Part shown: positions 60,500-64,000 of the stretch, piece by piece
Position numbering within the stretch: position 1 is the stretch's first letter
How the letters are laid out: the number at the start of each line of letters is the position of its first letter
Assembly: GCF_000143415.4 (NCBI RefSeq)
Contig: NW_003314301.1
Coordinates: 282,259-346,258 of the forward strand
Length of the DNA: 64,000 bases
Origin: Selaginella moellendorffii
Lineage: Eukaryota; Plantae; Lycopodiophyta
Direction of reading: 5' to 3'
Notes under the pieces: model-generated
Databases searched by the model: none
The model's input: only the letters and a program-made list of their open reading frames with translations
What the model was told of the DNA's origin: nothing
Position numbers and translations under genes: made by a program

Positions 60500-62827
60500 T
60501 TATTTCCAGACTAATGGAAGCATGCGCTTCACAATATCCTCCTCCGTGCGAGTCATCTGCAGAACATGACCACTGGTGTTGAGCTTCAGCACATCCCGCA
60601 TTGCGTCCACAACAGAATCCTCTAAAAGAAACGGGAACAGCTGACGAGACAGCCCGTAAATAACTATAGTCCGCCGAGCAGAACCTTCAACACTCACGCG
60701 ATTGTCAGGCGAGCCGAGCTGGAAAACGAGACTAAGCATGAACCCCACGCCATCAACACCAGCCTCGAGCTTCTCAACCGCTTCTGCTATGCCAGTCTTT
60801 CTGTCAGCTTCCCATTGTTTTGCCCGGATCCCAATCGCACCTTTGCTGCTTGGCAGAACGTTGTCAACGGCCTTTTGTCCGGGCTTGCACGTTAATGCTC
60901 GATAGTGTTGGGAGCACTCACTGATCAGGAGGGTATCCAAGCTTCCGTAAGTTGGTGAGAAGCTATTAAACTGGAGCTCAGCGTCCAAGTGAACTGTGCT
61001 TGCTAGACCGTCTGGAACCATTCCCAGCAGCGTAGTCAAGAACTCTCGGAGTGTTATCTTCATTGTGTACATCACGTCCGTCTTGCCTTTGAGACACGTG
61101 AGCATGGCTAGCAGCACTAGTAACCTGGTAACCATCTTCCCCGGTGGACCACCAGTTACCACGCCTTCCTTGCACATCTTGGAGACGGACACAAGAATCT
61201 TGCGGAGCTTGTCCTTGTCAAGCAAGACTGGTGCTGCGGCTGATGCAAGAACCGGTTCAGCAGCATTAGAAACGTGAATTCGCTGTCTGTCGTCGGAAAT
61301 CCAGGATGCCGTCATCATATGATATGCCATGCCGAGCTCCACCACCTTGGACCATGATGCAACCTCCACTCCAATAGTGCACCCGAGAACACCAACCACC
61401 ATCTCATCTTTCAGTTCCTCCTCCAGGTTAAGCTTGTCCTTCGCAAGGCTCAGTAACTCTTCAGGACTGCATCCTCGGTCGATAAAAGCGCGCCACAGAG
61501 GCCTTCCAAGGCGGAAGACAGATTTTGCTGCACCAGGCTCAGGAGGCGCCGCTGTCCCTGTTAACCAAAACGGCTTGAACAGCTTAGAGTCTCGAGAGCG
61601 CACTTTTCTTGTCGGATCCAAGGCTTTCGCTGGCGCAAAACCTGACAAGCGCGGATTCGTACCAAGCATTACTGCCCAAAGACCAGAAAATGCTGTGCCG
61701 AGAACCCGCCTTAAAAGTGTGAATCCAGTCTCCATTTCATCCGCCAACTCAGTATCCGCTAACGTACTAGCCTCGTCAAAGCAAAACAACACCTTCAGAC
61801 GTTTGCCGTCGGGTCCCGCAACGCCAAGCACAGGCAACTTTTCGATGGCAGCCTTCAAGGCTCTCTCCACAGTATCGTATGCATGCTTTTCCCCCTTAAG
61901 AAATTCTGTGGTCCGACGCTCAAACGTTATCGGGCCGGGCTCCTCCTGCGCCTCCATTGCGGAGTCTTCAAGACGCTTCAGACACCTTGGCATTTTGTCA
62001 TGTATCGTGGCTGCTATAGAAAACCCATGCTCAGGATGCGTCTGCTTCAAAATCCAGAGACCAGGGTTAGGACCTGTGCCTTTAGCGTTTCCAGTAACGT
62101 CGCTATCAGACTCCAGAACGCCTCGCACAGCTTCATCGGTTTCGCTATCAGACTCAGGAATGCCTGCGGCGCATTGTTCAGAGCCTCCCCCAACATACTC
62201 TCCGAGAGCCTCAATGCTGGCGATTAGAAACGCAGCCATCTTGAGTGCCGTTGCGTCTCTCGTACAGATCCAGTCGGCCAAATGTGGAGTTCGGCCGGGC
62301 ATTCCAGCCGAGTCAACCTTCATGCAGGAGACATAGATGGTGTACAAGCCTTTCCTGTGAAGCTCACACACGAGCCTTGACTTCCCCCAGCCGCTGCTCT
62401 GCACCACAGCAAAGTACGGCGCAAGATACCTGGAGCCGGGCGTTATCCAGGTCTCGTAATCCTGCTCGATCTTACGCCACAGCTCCTCCAGTATGTCCAT
62501 GTCCTGAAGCGGATAGTCGAAGAAAGCTTTCTGTGCTATCCCCATGCCCGGCGCTGCTTCTCTGCGAGGCCGCCGCATGCGGACGTTGCTAGCTTTGTTC
62601 TCATTCATGCTATCCACCGCAGCCAGAAATTCCTCCCTAGTGCTGAAATTTGCTAGCCGCATTCGCTCATTTCCGTTCTCGTACAGCCAATCCGCAACTG
62701 CTTCTACGTCCCCAGATGCAAAATTCGATCGCACCCATGAAGCGGTAGCGCTCAAGTGCCTGAGGTCGTTCACAGTTGGAGGCCTGAAACTTGCTGATTC
62801 AAAGATCTCCCTCGCCCGTTTCACCAT
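60500..62827 (-). CDS. Crinkler/CR-effector-type P-loop NTPase plus restriction-endonuclease-fold protein, intronless
   Basis: PYFAVVQSSGWGKSRL (Walker A), LFCFDEA (Walker B), GRPLW, EPVLA, CKPGQKAVDNVLP; first ATG at 62827 (the ORF track starts at TTG 62839). Confidence 0.8.
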   Translation of the reverse strand: MVKRAREIFESASFRPPTVNDLRHLSATASWVRSNFASGDVEAVADWLYENGNERMRLANFSTREEFLAAVDSMNENKASNVRMRRPRREAAPGMGIAQKAFFDYPLQDMDILEELWRKIEQDYETWITPGSRYLAPYFAVVQSSGWGKSRLVCELHRKGLYTIYVSCMKVDSAGMPGRTPHLADWICTRDATALKMAAFLIASIEALGEYVGGGSEQCAAGIPESDSETDEAVRGVLESDSDVTGNAKGTGPNPGLWILKQTHPEHGFSIAATIHDKMPRCLKRLEDSAMEAQEEPGPITFERRTTEFLKGEKHAYDTVERALKAAIEKLPVLGVAGPDGKRLKVLFCFDEASTLADTELADEMETGFTLLRRVLGTAFSGLWAVMLGTNPRLSGFAPAKALDPTRKVRSRDSKLFKPFWLTGTAAPPEPGAAKSVFRLGRPLWRAFIDRGCSPEELLSLAKDKLNLEEELKDEMVVGVLGCTIGVEVASWSKVVELGMAYHMMTASWISDDRQRIHVSNAAEPVLASAAAPVLLDKDKLRKILVSVSKMCKEGVVTGGPPGKMVTRLLVLLAMLTCLKGKTDVMYTMKITLREFLTTLLGMVPDGLASTVHLDAELQFNSFSPTYGSLDTLLISECSQHYRALTCKPGQKAVDNVLPSSKGAIGIRAKQWEADRKTGIAEAVEKLEAGVDGVGFMLSLVFQLGSPDNRVSVEGSARRTIVIYGLSRQLFPFLLEDSVVDAMRDVLKLNTSGHVLQMTRTEEDIVKRMLPLVWK

Positions 62828-64000
62828 GGCCGCCGACAACTAACCCTAAACCTGTTTGTAGGTATGTAAACAGTTCCGGGTTCGAAACCGGCTGTAAAAG
62901 TCATGACTCTTGCCAATTCCATTCCCGGAGCGCACTGCCGGTTCTGCACGTTGCGATCCATGAAAAGATTTTTTCAGCAATACCACACACAGGTAAACTC
63001 ACTTTTTTGTGCCACACTCAAAGTTTTGGCATCTCTCCTCAGATCATGCCTTAGTATTGGAATAGTTGGTCAATAAAATGGCTTGGGTTTGGTCAAGATT
63101 CCAACAGATGCCAGCTTAGCTTCATGCTTTACCTCTGTTTAATCAAGAAGCCGAGTAAGATGTATACCATTATATATGGATAAAAAAAACTATATTATTA
63201 TATGCTACTTTATTATTGTTGTAAGTCTATACCATCCAAACCGTGGAAACAGTAGAAGTCATATTTAATTAACATGGCATTTAAGGTGTGATGTGGAAAT
63301 GTATGGATATTCCCTAGGAATTGTAATAGGAGAAATTGCACTAGAGGATAGTAGAGATTTGAAAGAAATAAATGGGAGAGCTAGTTTCAATTTGGACCTA
63401 TAAGACGTTCCCATGGAAACCATATCTTTATATAGGTCCTTTGTTAGTGTATTTGTCTCCATCTACTACCAAGTTGCATAAAACTTATTGTTAAAAAGCT
63501 ACAGGAAACTCATTATATAGGGGCTTTGCAATGCTTAGTCTTTCACCAAGCAATGAATGTGGCATAGGTATAACAATTTTAGGAATGGAATCATGTGGTG
63601 GTTCCATGTTATCCAAGAGATAGAAAGTGAAAGTTTTTATAATCTTGCCATCTAACATCTTTTCCAAGCTTGCAAAGGGGTTTGCTATTAGGCCAAGATC
63701 TTATTTTATAACATGTTACATGATTCTAATATGGCATGATTCTAATATGAAACTTTGACAAGATTGGAAAAATTCCAAGCAAGGCTATAAAAAGACTTGA
63801 TGAGTCTTTATTTCTTAACAAATGGACTTGCATATGTAATGCATAACTACTGTCTTTACTGAAAGTGTGAAAGAGACCCTTTGTGAAAGATGAACTATGA
63901 GAGATTAATTCCTTTCCTCATAGAGTTTTGGTCATGCAAGGCAATTACTTAAGTCACTGTTACAAAACCATGAAAATCATGAATGGAGAATCCAAACCTT

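Noticed and set aside
61329-62336. 335-aa plus-strand ORF
   Set aside because: Antisense shadow of the NTPase-REase gene; Ser/Pro-rich with no motifs.
62841-62850. TAACCCTAAA telomere-like motif (also at 45058 and 31919)
   Set aside because: Single units that are common by chance or as telo-boxes; not an interstitial telomeric array.

Overview
Eukaryotic land-plant DNA. Tiny 45-70 nt GT-AG introns, very short intergenic gaps and many PPR fragments suggest a lycophyte such as Selaginella (inference). Four zones. (1) 1-26.8 kb: a tandem-plus-inverted amplicon of a 6-8.4 kb unit carrying three intronless MpaB/Lcp-family (DUF2236) heme-oxygenase-like genes. The copies differ only at synonymous sites, and a fold-back junction lies at ~10,982. 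(2) 27-36.6 kb: a TRIM-like element, solo LTRs, PPR remnants and a nested, internally deleted Ty3/Gypsy element. (3) 36.6-42.85 kb: a large imperfect palindrome. Its core is a ~360-bp hairpin made of two truncated oxygenase copies, still behind the native upstream region and next to a pseudogenised signal-peptide methylesterase. This is a candidate natural siRNA locus against the amplified paralogs. (4) 45.2-63 kb: an ultra-compact gene island (matrix metalloproteinase, a spliced membrane protein with an HNH-like nuclease fold, SAM methyltransferase, divergent alpha-adaptin with an NPF/DLL tail, thioredoxin-like 3-3), then a frameshifted TBL acetyltransferase and an intronless Crinkler/CR-type NTPase-REase gene. 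All family assignments are from motif recognition; no database search was run.
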